A stretch of 64,000 nucleotides of DNA from Eukaryota sp. GEM-RC1 (lineage: Eukaryota), in the NCBI GenBank assembly GCA_040285855.1, contig JAUFOQ010000001.1, forward strand, positions 2,418,001-2,482,000, in the 5' to 3' direction. Under the pieces are notes generated by a model. The model made no database searches and was not told the origin of the DNA. It was given only the letters and a program-made list of their open reading frames with translations. This document shows, in pieces, positions 1-12,564 of this stretch (position 1 is the first letter of the stretch; each line of letters starts with the position of its first letter). Made by a program: the position numbers and the translations under genes.

Positions 1-308
1 TCATCAGTGGAACATGATTGAGTAATCTTGCGGTCCTTTGACAGCTTAGCTTCATAATAAGCGTTGAATGCAGCATTGCCGCCAATAGAATGCATGAAAT
101 CGACTTGATTCATTGTCCACTCATCGAGAGTACAAGATTTAACCTTAGAGATATGAGTTCCTAAGGAACGGTGTATAGCAGAACAATTCATACAGAAAAA
201 TATGCCTAGATTTGTTGAAGCCCATCTTGGTGCTCTACAGCCGCAGTCAACACATGACTGATTTCCAGGTAACCTGAGGACCTGATTAAGCCTAGCTTTG
301 ATGTCCAT
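1..308 (-). CDS. ArfGAP zinc-finger protein, N-terminal part (runs off window start)
   Basis: Manual translation from ATG at 308: MDIKARLNQVLRLPGNQSCVDCGCRAPRWASTNLGIFFCMNCSAIHRSLGTHISKVKSCTLDEW, the canonical ArfGAP CxxC-x16-CxxC-x4-R signature. Absent from the ORF track because there is no stop in the window. Confidence 0.93.
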   Translation of the reverse strand, partial: MDIKARLNQVLRLPGNQSCVDCGCRAPRWASTNLGIFFCMNCSAIHRSLGTHISKVKSCTLDEWTMNQVDFMHSIGGNAAFNAYYEAKLSKDRKITQSCSTD

Positions 309-367
309 CAGGTCTGAAGTGGAAGTTGGTGTTTTAGGAGGGTGAAGAGATCAAAAATACTTTCTTC

Positions 368-1985
368 ATGTCTGTCTCTCCTCGTGTTCTCTTAGTTGTC
401 CGTGACGGATGGGGTTCTAACCCTGAAGTCAGAGGTAACGCTATTGCTGCAGCATCTGCTGAAGGAAAAATTCCTAACAACGACTCTTGGAAAGAAAACT
501 ATCCCTGGACTCTCATTCGTACTGATGGATCTCCTGTAGGTCTCCCTGAAGGCTTCCAAGGCTCTTCTGAAGTCGGTCATCTCAATATGGGTGCTGGCCG
601 TGTTGTCACACAAGAACTTAAACGTATCAATGACATGATGGTCACTGGTACCATGTGGGAATGCAAGAAATGGGCTGAAATCATCAACAACTGGAAGCAA
701 CACAACTCAACCCTCCACTTCCTACTCTTACTACAAGACGAAGGTGTCCATGCTCATTGTGACCATCTCTACAAGATGATGAGAAGAGCAAGACAAGATA
801 ACCCCACTGGTAAGATCGTCATCCATCCCTTCCTTGATGGTCGTGACACTCCTCCCAGATCCTGCTTAGAATACATTGCACGTATGCTACCCTTCCTCTC
901 CCCCTCTAACTCTAGAACTTCAACAAGTCATGAATGAAGTGGGTAACGCCACCATTGGTACTGTTATGGGTAGATACTACTCCATGGACAGATCACGTAA
1001 CTGGACCCTCACTGATTCTGCTCTTGATTGCATGATTAATCTTAAAGGCAGAAAGGTTGAGACAGCCATTGCCGCAGTGGAACAGAGCTATGCAAATGAC
1101 AAGACTCCTGATGGATATCCCATGACAGACGAGTATATTCATCCCCATGTTGTTGGAGCCTATGCTGGAATTAAAGAGAATGACTGTATCTTACACACAA
1201 ATTATAGACAGGATAGAGCTATTCAGTTAGCTGCTGCTTTCTGTAATAGAGATATGTATGGTGGGTCTACAGAAACGCCACGTGTCACTTTTGTTGGGTT
1301 CACTCAGTACTATAATGAGTTTGAGAACTATCTGATTGAACCAATGACTGGAGGTGGAGGTATGGAGAATCTGCTGGGTGAAGTTGTGTCGAAGGCTGGA
1401 TTTAGACAGCTTCGCATTGCTGAAACTCAGAAGTTCCGTCACGTCACCTCCTTCTTTAATGGGAAGAGTACTAAGCCTTATCCTCTGGAAGATCAAGTAG
1501 AGGTTCCCAGTCGTTTTGATGCCGCTTCTTTTGCTTCCCATCCAGAAATGGAAGCTTATCAAGTGACTGAAGAGCTCATCAAGAGAATTGATGAGAATCC
1601 TGATTATAGATTTATTGTGGTTAACTATGCTAACACTGACATGGTTTCTCATACTGGTGAGTTTGTTCCCGCCAAAACTGCTGTCGAGATTGTGGACGAA
1701 TGTGTAGGAAAGCTAGTAAACCACTGGTTATCCCTAGGTGGAGTTGCTATTGTGACTGCTGATCATGGAAACGCTGATCAAATGATTGACTATAACACTG
1801 GCATGGTCAAGACCTCTCATACTATTCATCCAGTTGATTTGATTCTAGTAGGTGAAGCAGTTAAGGGTAAGAAGATGTTACCACATTGTGAGGGTAAGTT
1901 AGCTGATATTGCCCCCACTGTTCTTCAGTTACTTGGACTTCCTATTCCAAAGGAAATGACTGCTCAGAGTTTGATTGTGGAGTAA
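368..1985 (+). CDS. gpmI: 2,3-bisphosphoglycerate-independent phosphoglycerate mutase, two exons (368-881, 916-1985)
   Basis: Motifs RDGWG, GSSEVGH, DGRDT, GRYYSMDR, NYRQDRA, AETQKFRHVT, DMVSHTG, TADHGNA. The two ORFs join in frame (EYIAQLQQVMNE) after removing intron 882-915. Confidence 0.95.
882..915 (+). other. 34-nt spliceosomal intron in iPGM
   Basis: GTATGC...CTAACTCTAG; removal restores the reading frame. Confidence 0.9.
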
Positions 1986-2326
1986 GGGGGATTGATTTTG
2001 GGTTGATATAAACGTCGTATCTTTGTTGAATTTTTTTCTATCACTTACAGTTACTAGTATGCTCGTATTTACTGTTGAATTGGTTTCAAAAGCCCTTTTG
2101 AAGTGGAGCTCTTTGTTTAACAAAGACGGTTAAGTCAAACATAGTACTGTATATAACTGTTGAAACGTCCCATTCGTACAACTAATCACGAAATCTGTCC
2201 TCCGTCTTTGATGTAACAAGTGTGACAGACATTGGGTGAAAGCCATTAATCATTATGATTAATGTACTAGTAATTAATTCAATTTGGAGAAACCAAATCA
2301 TCATTTACTTACCTACTTGTACTCCA

Positions 2327-3662
2327 ATGTGGTTCTCCCTTCCCCCTTCAGATACTCTTTCTATCATTTTAAATGAACCTTCCCTATGCAATCAAACCAT
2401 TGCGTTTGGAGAACAGTCTATTGAAGTCAACAAATCCGTGCTTGCTGCTCACTCCACTTACTTCCGCTCTCTTTGGTTCTTGGAGTTTGGTGTTAGAGAC
2501 GAAAACCCAATCGACTTCTCCCATCTCCCTGTGGTTTCTAACAACTTTCTTGCCTTCATCAAGTCCTTCTTCGGACGATCTTTCACTCTGGATGAGAACA
2601 ATGCTTACGACTTCTACTACCTTGTCCACTACTTCCAAGTGGACAAACTGACCGTACAAGTGGAAAACCACCTAAACACTAATCTCATGACCTGGGCTTG
2701 GTTACAACCATTCATTAAAGAAGCAGATGAAAGACATAACTTGAGAGCTCTGGAATTCGTTGGTCCTTTCTTTCCTAAGATTGATGACCTTGTGATTGAT
2801 GATGTGATGGCAATCACTACCGAAGGGTTAAAAACTCTTTGCAAATACTGCACTTCCACTCAATCTCAATCGTGGTTCATCAAATCAATGGTGGAATCAA
2901 TTCTGAATCAAAGTTTTGATTTGAAAGATTGTTTAAATGTTTTAAATTCTTGTTCAATTGAAGCTCTTTCCTTTCAACAATGGGATGAGTTTCTGTTTGT
3001 ACCTTTAAAAGATGTTGAAGCATTGGAAGCCGATTTGATGAAGTTTTTGTTTACCAAAGTTAAGAATGAGTGCGCCAACTCATTGGCCAAGGAAAACTCC
3101 AATTTAACTACTGATATAGAAAAATTAAAAAAGAAATTGAAGACTTGAAAAGGCAAGCCACACAAAGTCAATCAGTTCATCAATCAAAAGTGATTAGATT
3201 CTCTCCAATCAAGAAGCATCATCAGTTACAAGTCAGTGATGATAGAAAGAGAGTTCATGGAGGTGGTGATGATGGCGAACGAAGTATCTTGGGAGAAGAT
3301 CCACTACTTCCAGATAATGAGTATACTTGGAAGTTGAGGTACCAGGGGACTACTGGTAGTCTTTTTGGTTGGAGTAATTGACGAGTCAAAGTTTAGTGTT
3401 GAAGGTGATTGTTTTGAGGAAGCGCATTGTTTTTCGAATTGTAATTCAGTTTTTGGTAGTCCCTCAGGATTTAAAACTCATTGGAATCCTGGGGAATTAC
3501 TCGAAATCAATGCAAATTTAATTAATTATACTTTAACAATTAAATCTATGGGAAATTCTTCACTTGATCTTACTGGAACTCTTCCTAGGTTAAGTAGTGG
3601 TTATTATTATCCATATGCTATGTTATATTTTCAGTGATCACGTACTTGAAATAGTTGAATAA
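2327..3662 (+). pseudogene. BTB/POZ + SPRY-like protein, frameshifted (pseudogene or assembly errors)
   Basis: BTB motif VNKSVLAAHSTYFRSLW...VHYFQVDKL and SPRY-like YTWKLRY..VGVID..GELLEINANL. Very similar to the intact paralog at 40428-41783, with frame breaks near 3130-3145, 3365 and 3630. Confidence 0.85.
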
Positions 3663-4033
3663 ACTATGATACTATTTTGGGTAAGTTTCTTCGTTTAAAG
3701 TAGTCATTACTATTCAGTTTCCTCAGTCATATTTTCAAATAGGATGTTAGATCAATCAAAAGTGATTGATCTATACAATAGAAGCTATTGCGCTTGTCGA
3801 AATGTCCTTCGTCCACGCGTTACCTTAATCATTTTAAGTTTGGAACTAAAACAATTACTACTCAAACTTCTTAGATAGTTTGAAGAGGTAAATGAAGAAA
3901 ATACCAATTTAGTTAACTCATCGTGTTGTATTTCTTATGAATGTTTGATACGTGAATCTAATGATTGTGCTACGGTTCAAAGTTGATTTGATTGATACAG
4001 GGTACTGGAACTGGATTAATAATTGATATTGAC

Positions 4034-4139
4034 TAGAGTTGCCGATCAACTCGACTTAGCGTACTTGACTCGAGTCTGAGCCTGATAGGTCGAGCTCGGT
4101 CAGCTCAGACTTGTTCGTTTCGAGTCGACAGCAACTCTA
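4034..4139. mobile_element. ~106-bp MITE-like element
   Basis: Terminal inverted repeats TAGAGTTGC / GCAACTCTA enclose many (C/G)TCGA(C/G) motifs; no clean TSD. Confidence 0.55.
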
Positions 4140-4384
4140 ATCTCAACCCCTGTCATTGTCCTATATTAGTCAATATTGCCAAATAAAGAATGATCAAATC
4201 TATCAATTCAAGATGTGCCTGAATACTGATATCTATAAATCATTAATGAACCTACAAACGTCAGCTTACACATGACACATCCTCTGTCACTAAAGCACAC
4301 TGTTCTGTACTTCCACAATGTAGTTTCCTCATGATCTTTGTATTTTTGTATTACTATTAGGACTTTAAGCACTATGATATGAAT

Positions 4385-5205
4385 CAGGGATTGGAAAAAA
4401 TATATTTATATTTATTGTGTACCAACAATATTTATAGACAATATCAGATCTTGCACAATATGGTATTGTTATTGTGAACAATAAATATATATTTATGGAC
4501 AATATATTGCAATATTTGAAAACACAATACAGAAGCAGTTTATTTGAAACTCAAATTTATTCTACTATATAATGATCCTGCGAACTGTGTTCTCGTCCCA
4601 GAAAGCACGATTGTAGAGCAAGAACAATTGCTTTTCTAAGGTAGACTGATCCAAAGCATGTCTGTGACATCCTAAAGTAAGCTTTGAACGACTGAAGAGC
4701 TTCTCCACTTCGTTGGAGGTTGGAGGAATGAACGATAGATCAATGTAGTCAGAATTTTTAGTGGTAGAATCAATTGTGTCTAGTTGAGAAGATATGTTGA
4801 CAGTCGAAGGTGACGAAGTAGCACTCTTTCTCAATCTCTTTACTGCTACTTTTCTGAATCAAATCCTTTTTGTTATCTCTTTTGATGTGTACATATTTGT
4901 AGAAGAAATAATTCTTTCATTGTATTAATAGCTTGTCTATTCTACTGCATGGTCTTTGTTCATTTCCTTCCTCGTAAAAAAAGCAATGTATGTTCTATTA
5001 TACAATGTATTCTCCCACAACGATTCTATACAACACTGGTGTACCAACTTTTACACTAACAATAACTAACAATATGTTGCAATATATTGTTATTGTACGT
5101 GTACCAACAATATCATATTGTTATTGTGCATGTACCAACAATACCATATTGTTATTGTAACAATATCAATATATTGCAATATCAATATATTTTTTCCAAT
5201 CCCTG
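4385..5205 (-). mobile_element. Non-autonomous hAT element with transposase C-terminal dimerisation remnant
   Basis: TIR CAGGGATTGGAAAAAATATATT at both ends; perfect 8-bp TSD ATATGAAT (4377-4384, 5206-5213); internal ORF 4565-4834 reads PPTSNEVEKLFSRSKL...LEKQLFL; CAATA/TATTG-rich subterminal repeats. Confidence 0.92.
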
Positions 5206-5564
5206 ATATGAATGATCCATAGGGTCAACTTGAAAAAGCGTTCCAAGTCGGCTTTGAACTTGAAAACGCTTAATGGAAAGTTTCCATTGGAAAAGTACAT
5301 TCAGAGTGTTCATTTGGTCAATGTACTATTTCAAGTTTTGGTAATAGTGGTCTAGTCAGCTTGAAATGATCTAATGTTTTTAATGCTTTAAGGTATTCTA
5401 TTGTGCAGCTTTTCAACTAATCGTTACTGGTTAATCGTGTTATATTTAAGCTTTAGAGGAGAATTCGTTAGTTCCATTTATTCTACCTCATGTAAAGACA
5501 GTGGGGAATACAATTTCAAACATTTTTGAAATCAGAACGTATATGCTAATCAACTGTTGCATAT

Positions 5565-8418
5565 TTACTTGTGTATTGATGAAGACCTTCTTGATTTTCG
5601 AGGAAGAATACCATCCAACTCAGCGATTAAAGCACTTCTGGACACTGGCTTTACCATCCACGAATTCATTCCACTATTAATGGTATGGTATCTGGATTCC
5701 ACAGAAGCATCACCAGTCAAACATAGAATCTTTACCTCAGAAAGACCATTCACACCTTCATGTCTACGTATATCCTTTGCAGCTTGAGTTCCGGAGTACG
5801 GCATTCTATAGTCTAAACAAATCAGGTCATAAGCACTTGGATTCTCCTGGTATTTCTCCACTGCTTTGTCACCATTATCAACTAGAGTCACCATACATCC
5901 CAACGATTCTAATAACAGACTAATGACTTTACGATTGATAGAGTTATCGTCTGCAACTAGAATAGAGAATTGTCCTAATGTTAGAAAGAAATCAAAACAA
6001 ACCTCCATTCACAGGAGCCCTCAGAGTTTGAATCTTACGATGATGAAGATGTGGAGTAGAATGTTTTCGTCCACTTAGGAACTGCTTTACTCTCTTATAA
6101 GTAATTGGGGAATGAACAGTGAAGTACTCGCCATAGGACCCTTTGGGATCAATTACCATTACTGGTGATCCTTCGAACCCTGCCTTGATTAAAGGAATGA
6201 ACTCTGAAAATACTTCGTGATCAACAAAAACATATCGCTGAAGATGAGTGTCTATCCCTGTTATTCTATTGAGAATTGTTTGTCTCGAGGGTTCCTCAAA
6301 TCCATAACACTTGGTTTTCATTAGCCTTAGTTGGGCCAAAAGGTAGGAACGCAGTGGCCGTCTCCTACAAAACACAAAGCATTGGTGATCTCGAAAGTAA
6401 GTAGGAGTAGCTGCTTGATGAGGATGTACTAGAGGAAGAGTTAGCTGGAGTTTGAACACAGATCCCTTCCCCTCCCTACTTCTGACGGTAATGTTGGAGC
6501 CCATCGTTCTAGCAAGGGAGCCTGCAATAGCTAGTCCTAGTCCTGCACCTCCGTATTTGGTAGTGATCTGGGCATTGGCTTGAGTGAAAACATTGAACAA
6601 TTTGCCGAGGTCTTCCGTTGAAATGCCAATACCAGTATCGTGGCAGGAAAGAGTGAATGAAAGATTACCATCAGCAATAGACTGTTTTCGAAGTTGGATT
6701 CTGACATGGCCAATGTGAGTAAACTTTAGCGCATTTGAGACCAAATTAATTAAAATTTGTTGTAGTCGATTACGATCACCAACTACCATCACATCACAGA
6801 CAGGGTCTACAGTGCTCACTAGTTCAACTGATATTTTTGATCTCGCAAGGTCTGAGTGCATTTCAACCACGTGATCAATAAGTGATGGCAAGTGAAACTC
6901 TGTCTGGTCAAGTTCAATTTTACCACTTTCGATTTTGGTAAAGTCAAGGATGTTTGTGATAATACAGAGCAGCGATGATGAGGAATGATTCACAATCTGA
7001 AGTATTCTTTGGGACTCATCACTGAGATCTGTGCTTTGCTCTAGTAATGACAACAGTCCAATAATGCTTAAGTGAGTGATAAAAAGATCAACATACGAAT
7101 TGAGCGCTATGATAAGGAAAACAAGTATAACAAACGAGTTCGCTATGGTGAAAAGACTATTTAGCTGAACATACAATTTCATGAGATATTGTTGCCAAGA
7201 ACAGAGTTTTTGCTCTGTTTGCCGAATCTGCAGCTACTATCGCATCTTTTAACTCTGTTAGATCAATCATCGCACCAGTGACTTCCAATATTTTACCTTC
7301 GTCATCAAACTTTGTTGGACGACCAGACTTTCTTACCCAAATCAAGCGTGGAGGATCATCAAAAGTATACCGATGTTCATCAAAGGTTGGAATTTCTTTC
7401 CTTTCAAGCACATCGTGCCACACCGAATCCCATTGGGCTACATGTTCTGGTACTAACTTGCTCCTCAACTCATCGAATGAAACAAATGACGAATCAAGAC
7501 CGTGAATTTCCTGAGCTGTTGGGCTGAAATTAATCGAAAATATTCATACGTTAAGAAAAAAAGCCTCTCATTAAAATAGAATCGCCAAAATCCCAGTTTT
7601 GCAAGCCTCTGAGCTCCCTCAAGATCTTCTGTTAAGGAATGAAGTTCATCTTCTTTGTGGTCCAATGTTTTCACCAACCTTACCTTCTCCTTCGACTCCA
7701 ATTCGTGTTGTTTGAAATCAGGAATATCTGAAGTTGGTTTGATTACACCAAAAACTCTAACTGTTTGACCATTTATCTGAGCACCATAGGCTTGGCAACT
7801 GATTAACTGAGTGTTGCCATTGATCAGAAGAGGTGCAGTGAAAATAGCATCAGTGCAGACTCCATTGAGAACGTCATCAAACTGCTGTTGGACGTGCATT
7901 TTATGGGTTGAATCGATGTGCTTTATAAAGTCTTGTAAAGTTTTTGGAACGTCAACAGGAAATTTGAACAATTTCAAATAAGTGTCGTCAACATAAAAGG
8001 AGTCATGAGATGGGTTATAAATGAATGTTGAAACCCCACAAAGTGACAAACATTTCTCCAGCAACCAAGACGAAGTGGTTTCCTTTGGCAGAGGTTTAAC
8101 GTTTTCAAACACAATAAGTGCCTCCAATGAATTTAGTGCAATAACATTGATGAGGAAGGAACGAGGTACTCCAGATGGAGATTGAAGTGTGATGATCTGA
8201 GCTTCCACTGGGATTGAATGGCATAGACACTGTATCAGCTTCTGAGTGAACAAAGAAGCTTCAAAGAAGTCGAGGAAGAGTGTATGAATGTCTAATGATT
8301 TCAAGAATTCAACATCAGTATCAAGATGATAAGCCAACTTTCGCGAAACATCAACAATGATCCCATCCACGTTGACAAGAGCAATCGCTGAAGGGGATTC
8401 AAGGAGTGGTTGTGGCAT
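5565..8418 (-). CDS. Hybrid sensor histidine kinase (PAS-like domains, HisKA, HATPase_c, degenerate receiver-like region, receiver); six exons
   Basis: H-box SHEIRTPLNSIIG (after splicing), N-box QILINLVSNALKFT, G1 DTGIGI, G2 YGGAGLGLAI, receiver ILVADDN...ICLDYRMP...LTG...KP. Introns at 7524-7549, 7143-7174, 7107-7135, 7067-7096 and 5975-6002 join the ORF pieces in frame. Start assumed at MPQPLL (8418). Confidence 0.92.
7067..7174 (-). other. Three tiny introns (32, 29, 30 nt) separated by 7-nt and 10-nt micro-exons
   Basis: GAAATT|gtatgt..catag|CGAACTC|gtttgt..catag|CGCTCAATTC|gtatgt..ttaag|CATTATTGGA translates as E-I-R-T-P-L-N-S-I-I-G. Confidence 0.88.
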
Positions 8419-8649
8419 TCTGGGTGGAGAAACTAGACTGACACAGATATCCTTTTGATGGAAGCACAACAGAATGTTTTACAGCTGCGCGCTGTCTTCA
8501 GGATGGTAACACAGTTTTTGTCGGTTTTTAAGATATCCATCCTCATCCTGATGAAGAACTCGATATTAATGCAAGTTGTGTCATTGTCTCCAATGGACTC
8601 CATTCGTCCAAAACGTACATCGCAAATGTCCTTTGGTTATGGAGCAACA

Positions 8650-8770
8650 CAGCTGATTAATCACACTTTAACAATCAAATTCGGGAGAAATTATTCCATT
8701 TATAATGTTGGAACTCTTCCCAGGTGAAGTAGCGGTAATCGATGTCCATTTTGTCACTTGTGGTGCAGTG
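8650..8770 (+). pseudogene. Fragment of a BTB-SPRY family 3' end
   Basis: LINHTLTIKFGRNYS..VGTLPR*SSGN resembles the paralog C-terminus LINYTLTIKSMSNSSINLTGTLPRLSSGN. Confidence 0.55.
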
Positions 8771-9302
8771 GCATGACTTCATTTCAAGAAGTGAATTTTA
8801 TTTAGTTTGATTGACAGATAAAGACATCACATTCCACGTGTTTCATTCATTTGTGGATAATGAACTGAAATTCAAATTAAAGTATAGTATCAATAGAGAA
8901 TTTTTTTCTACTTTTTAATGTAGTTTTCAAGCAAAGCAATGTGATCTATATCACTGTTGGATTGTATTAAAAAAATATCGAGATTTTGAAGCTCACGAAA
9001 AAACGACTCAGAATGTCAAAATAGTGATGTAGAGCTGGAAAATCTGTGACATCTCACTGTATATTAAAATGTGACAAATTTACTTAAAATAGTAAAGTTC
9101 ATCATTTTATATACGAACTATAGCATCGGAATGGCGAAGAATGTGAATAGAACAAAATTATATGTTTTGTGATGACGACTCTAAGATTGGTTTGTACCGA
9201 CATTGAATTTTACAATACAAGTCATTTATTTTGTCAAAATTACAATAAATATAATTAATTTTCCATTCATTCGTTATCGGGGAATCAAAAACAAGGAGAA
9301 AT

Positions 9303-12300
9303 TTAGGCAGATTTACTGATTTTGAATCTACATCCCACATTGATTGATCCATTATCAAAATTAATTGAATGTTGAGAAATACGAAGGCTTCGCAGTGATC
9401 CAGATCTTTTAGTGGAAATTAATTTAAAAATGGTCGAAAGCTGATTGTACTTGATACCACCGTGACTTATTGTGACGTACTTGAAACCAGAATTAACCTG
9501 AAGTGCAGTTATGAATTTCCAGAAGTCAAAGAGGACACAATAACTTAAGTCGATAGAAGTCAAAGAATTATTGGTCTTAATTACATCACACAAAATGTCG
9601 AATGATTCTTTTGTAAAACAATATCTGTTAAGAGTAAGCTTTTGACACTACAACGGTTCACTAAAGACATTAGACTTGAGACTTCTTCAATGGTTATTTG
9701 CGAGGATTTCTTGGGCGAGAAACAGAACACACCATTTTCAACATCTATAAAATGAGGGGAAATATCAAGATTAAGCACTAATTTGTAAATGGAAAGAATT
9801 TCAAATAAAGCTATAACTCCCTCTAGATTTGGATTAGTCAATCCACGACAATCAACACGTTTGATAGGTACATTGGACTGTAAAGCACTTAAAAGCGAAA
9901 ATAAATCAGTATTTGTAAGGCAGTATTTGTAATTGACAAAATCACAAGTAAAATTCACTAAGTGTTCAGAAATACAGATACTTTGAATTGAAGTATGAGT
10001 TGAAAATTGGCAAAAATAGTCAACAAATCTTGGAACTCAATTTCACTGGCGCTCAAATTCACATATTGTAAACTAACACTAAACTGAAATGATTCAACCA
10101 ATTTTCGAATGAAATTATTGGGTGACTTGAAAGAAACGTTATGTAACAACATCAGTGAATTAACACTGATACTCAAAGAAATTAATGATTCAGATGTCGC
10201 GAGAAAGCGGCACAAAACGTCTCCTGATTCCTCAGAAAAACAACAGTTTTGAATAGTAAGTTGTTGAGTATTGAAATGATGTAGATTGTTTAATATAGAT
10301 GAGAACTTTCTAGCAGATATTTGGGTGCAATCATCCGGTGAAAAACAAAACACACCAGTTTGGATGTCAAATAAATGGGGAGAAATATCAAGGGCAATCA
10401 CTGAGTTGTTAATGGAAAGAATTTCAAACAAAGCTATAAGTCCATCTAAATTAGGACTTCTTAAGCCTCGACATTCTACACGTTTAATAGGTAAATTTGA
10501 CTGTAGAAAATCTAGAAGTAATATTAAATCAATGAGATTAAACCGGTCTTTGTAATGAATTATACCAAGACGAAAATCGATGAAATTCTCTAAAAGTTGA
10601 ATAGTTTCAATTGACTTGTGATCGACAAACTGTTCAAAAGAGACAACATTATTGGGAATTCAATAATATCTGTACTCAGAATCACTTTTTTTAAATATTT
10701 GTTTGATTGAAGCGCAATGATTAAACTTGAGAAGTTGGAATTATTGAAATCGCACTCACTGAGATTAAAAGAAGTCAATGAATTATTCAGCATGATCACG
10801 TCACATAAACAAGTGATTGCGTTGTCAAGAAAATGACATCTTCTAAATTTAAGCTTTTTAATACTAAACCTCTCTAATATAGACCGCAGAAAAGAGATTT
10901 GTTGAGCAGATATTTTAGTATACCTTTTGGGTGAGAAACAAAACACGCCATTTTTAACATCAATAGTATGCGGAGAAACACCAAATGAAAAGCCAAACTT
11001 GTGGGAAACCAAACCTCTAAATACTGCGAGTAAGCAACTAAAATCCAATGATTTAAAAATGACAGTGTTTAATCGTGAATTCATCTTAAGTACGTTAATG
11101 ATAGGTTTCATATGAGACGAATTGAAAAAGAACAATCCAGATCTAAGACTAGTAGTGTACTATTTAGCCTTATCATATCTAATAAAGCCTGGACTTCTTC
11201 ATCATTAAACGGGTGAAACTAAAACTCATCATCAATTCTACTAAATTCGTGTTCGATTTAAGAGAACTGAAAATTTGTGATAACTCAGAACCCCGTCGTA
11301 AATCAGTTTCACGAATTTCCAATTTTTTCAAAGAACATTTGAATTTTAAAATCTCAGCAAGATTGTTAATATTGGAACTATTCCCCATCAATGAGATTTC
11401 TCTTAGAGATTCATTAGTCCTAAGAGCGTTGATTACTGAGTAATCGAGAGTACATCTCCCAGGTAACACAATACTTGCGAGACATGAACTGTGTAGAAGT
11501 AGTGAAGCACAAACTCTACCTACACATAGATCATATAAATCCAATACTTTAACCGATGAATTCTGTGATAAACCTGTAAATAGAATCAGAGCACACTCAT
11601 CATTGAGTGGATGACCAGAAGCCAAGGAAATCTTTCTTAACGTGGTATTTGAGGAAAACACTTCTGCAAGAGCCTCACTTGAAGTGGTATTGAAAATATC
11701 AACTCTAACTCGAAATTCTAAAACAGTTGTATTTGTTGAGAGCGATTTGCAAATGCATGTAAATGAATCCAAATCAGATACACTAGAAACAGACAGAAAT
11801 CGATTTAAGTCAGTTACATCAGAAATATACGTAAGATCGAAATGTCTAAGTCGTGGTAAGTAAAGAACAGAAGAACGGTCTAAAACTTCGTTCAGTAGTG
11901 GGAAAGTAGATGCTTTTAATTGAGTTATAACTGAACGAAACTCAATAACAATTTCAGGATAAAAGAAGTCTGTCAGTTGAAGAGTAATAGAGTGAAAAGT
12001 GGCTCCAAAACGAGAAAGGAGTGGTGAAAATAGAAAAAGATCTTGAGGGACAATGTGAAGTGTGTTTGTAAGGGTAAAGAGATCAAATGACGAAACTACA
12101 ATATCAAAGAATCGTTTACTAACGTAACCAACCCTTTGAAGTATCAAATGTAGTTGTTTCATCAAAGTAGGAAAGGAAGGGTCATCATGTTCTTCGCGGT
12201 ATGACTTATATTTACGACGAGCCAGGTGGGCGACGACCAGCATCAGTATAGACTGTTGTAGATGGAGAGGTTTAGGATGAGAGATGATCAAGTTTGGCGA

Positions 12301-12480
12301 TGAGTTGTTTCGGATGAAGGGGGAATCGGTGGAAGAAGAAGATGTGCTAAGCGATCTAGAAAGACAAGAACTCGATCTCCATTGTGAAAGACAGCTTGAT
12401 GAACACACAGAACGATCGGAACAGATATGATCTGGGTCAATGTCCACGTTCTGACAAATATCACAACATTTGTTGAGCAT
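9303..12480 (-). pseudogene. LRR-like solenoid protein (family A), multiply frameshifted inverted paralog of 16039-20195
   Basis: Near-identical N-terminus (MLNKCCDICQNVDIDPDHICSD...) and upstream leader to 16039; repeated N.SL.S.DLS and SPH.ID...GVFCFSP modules spread over five ORF pieces. Confidence 0.85.
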
Positions 12481-12564
12481 TCAAAAGAGTAAGAATGTTC
12501 CAAATCAAAATCTTGAAACAATTCTCTGTTAGCACACAACACCCTTTGTTCTACTGTAGTTCTG

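Noticed and set aside
5070..5190. CRISPR-like short repeats (ATATTGTTATTGT..GTACCAACAAT)
   Set aside because: No unique spacers and no cas genes; these are subterminal repeats of the hAT element.
7060..7182. Transmembrane helix at the start of ORF 5992-7182
   Set aside because: The hydrophobic stretch is translated T-rich intron sequence.
368..8418. Bacterial contig or contamination suggested by iPGM and the histidine kinase
   Set aside because: Both genes contain spliceosomal introns and lie among clearly eukaryotic genes.
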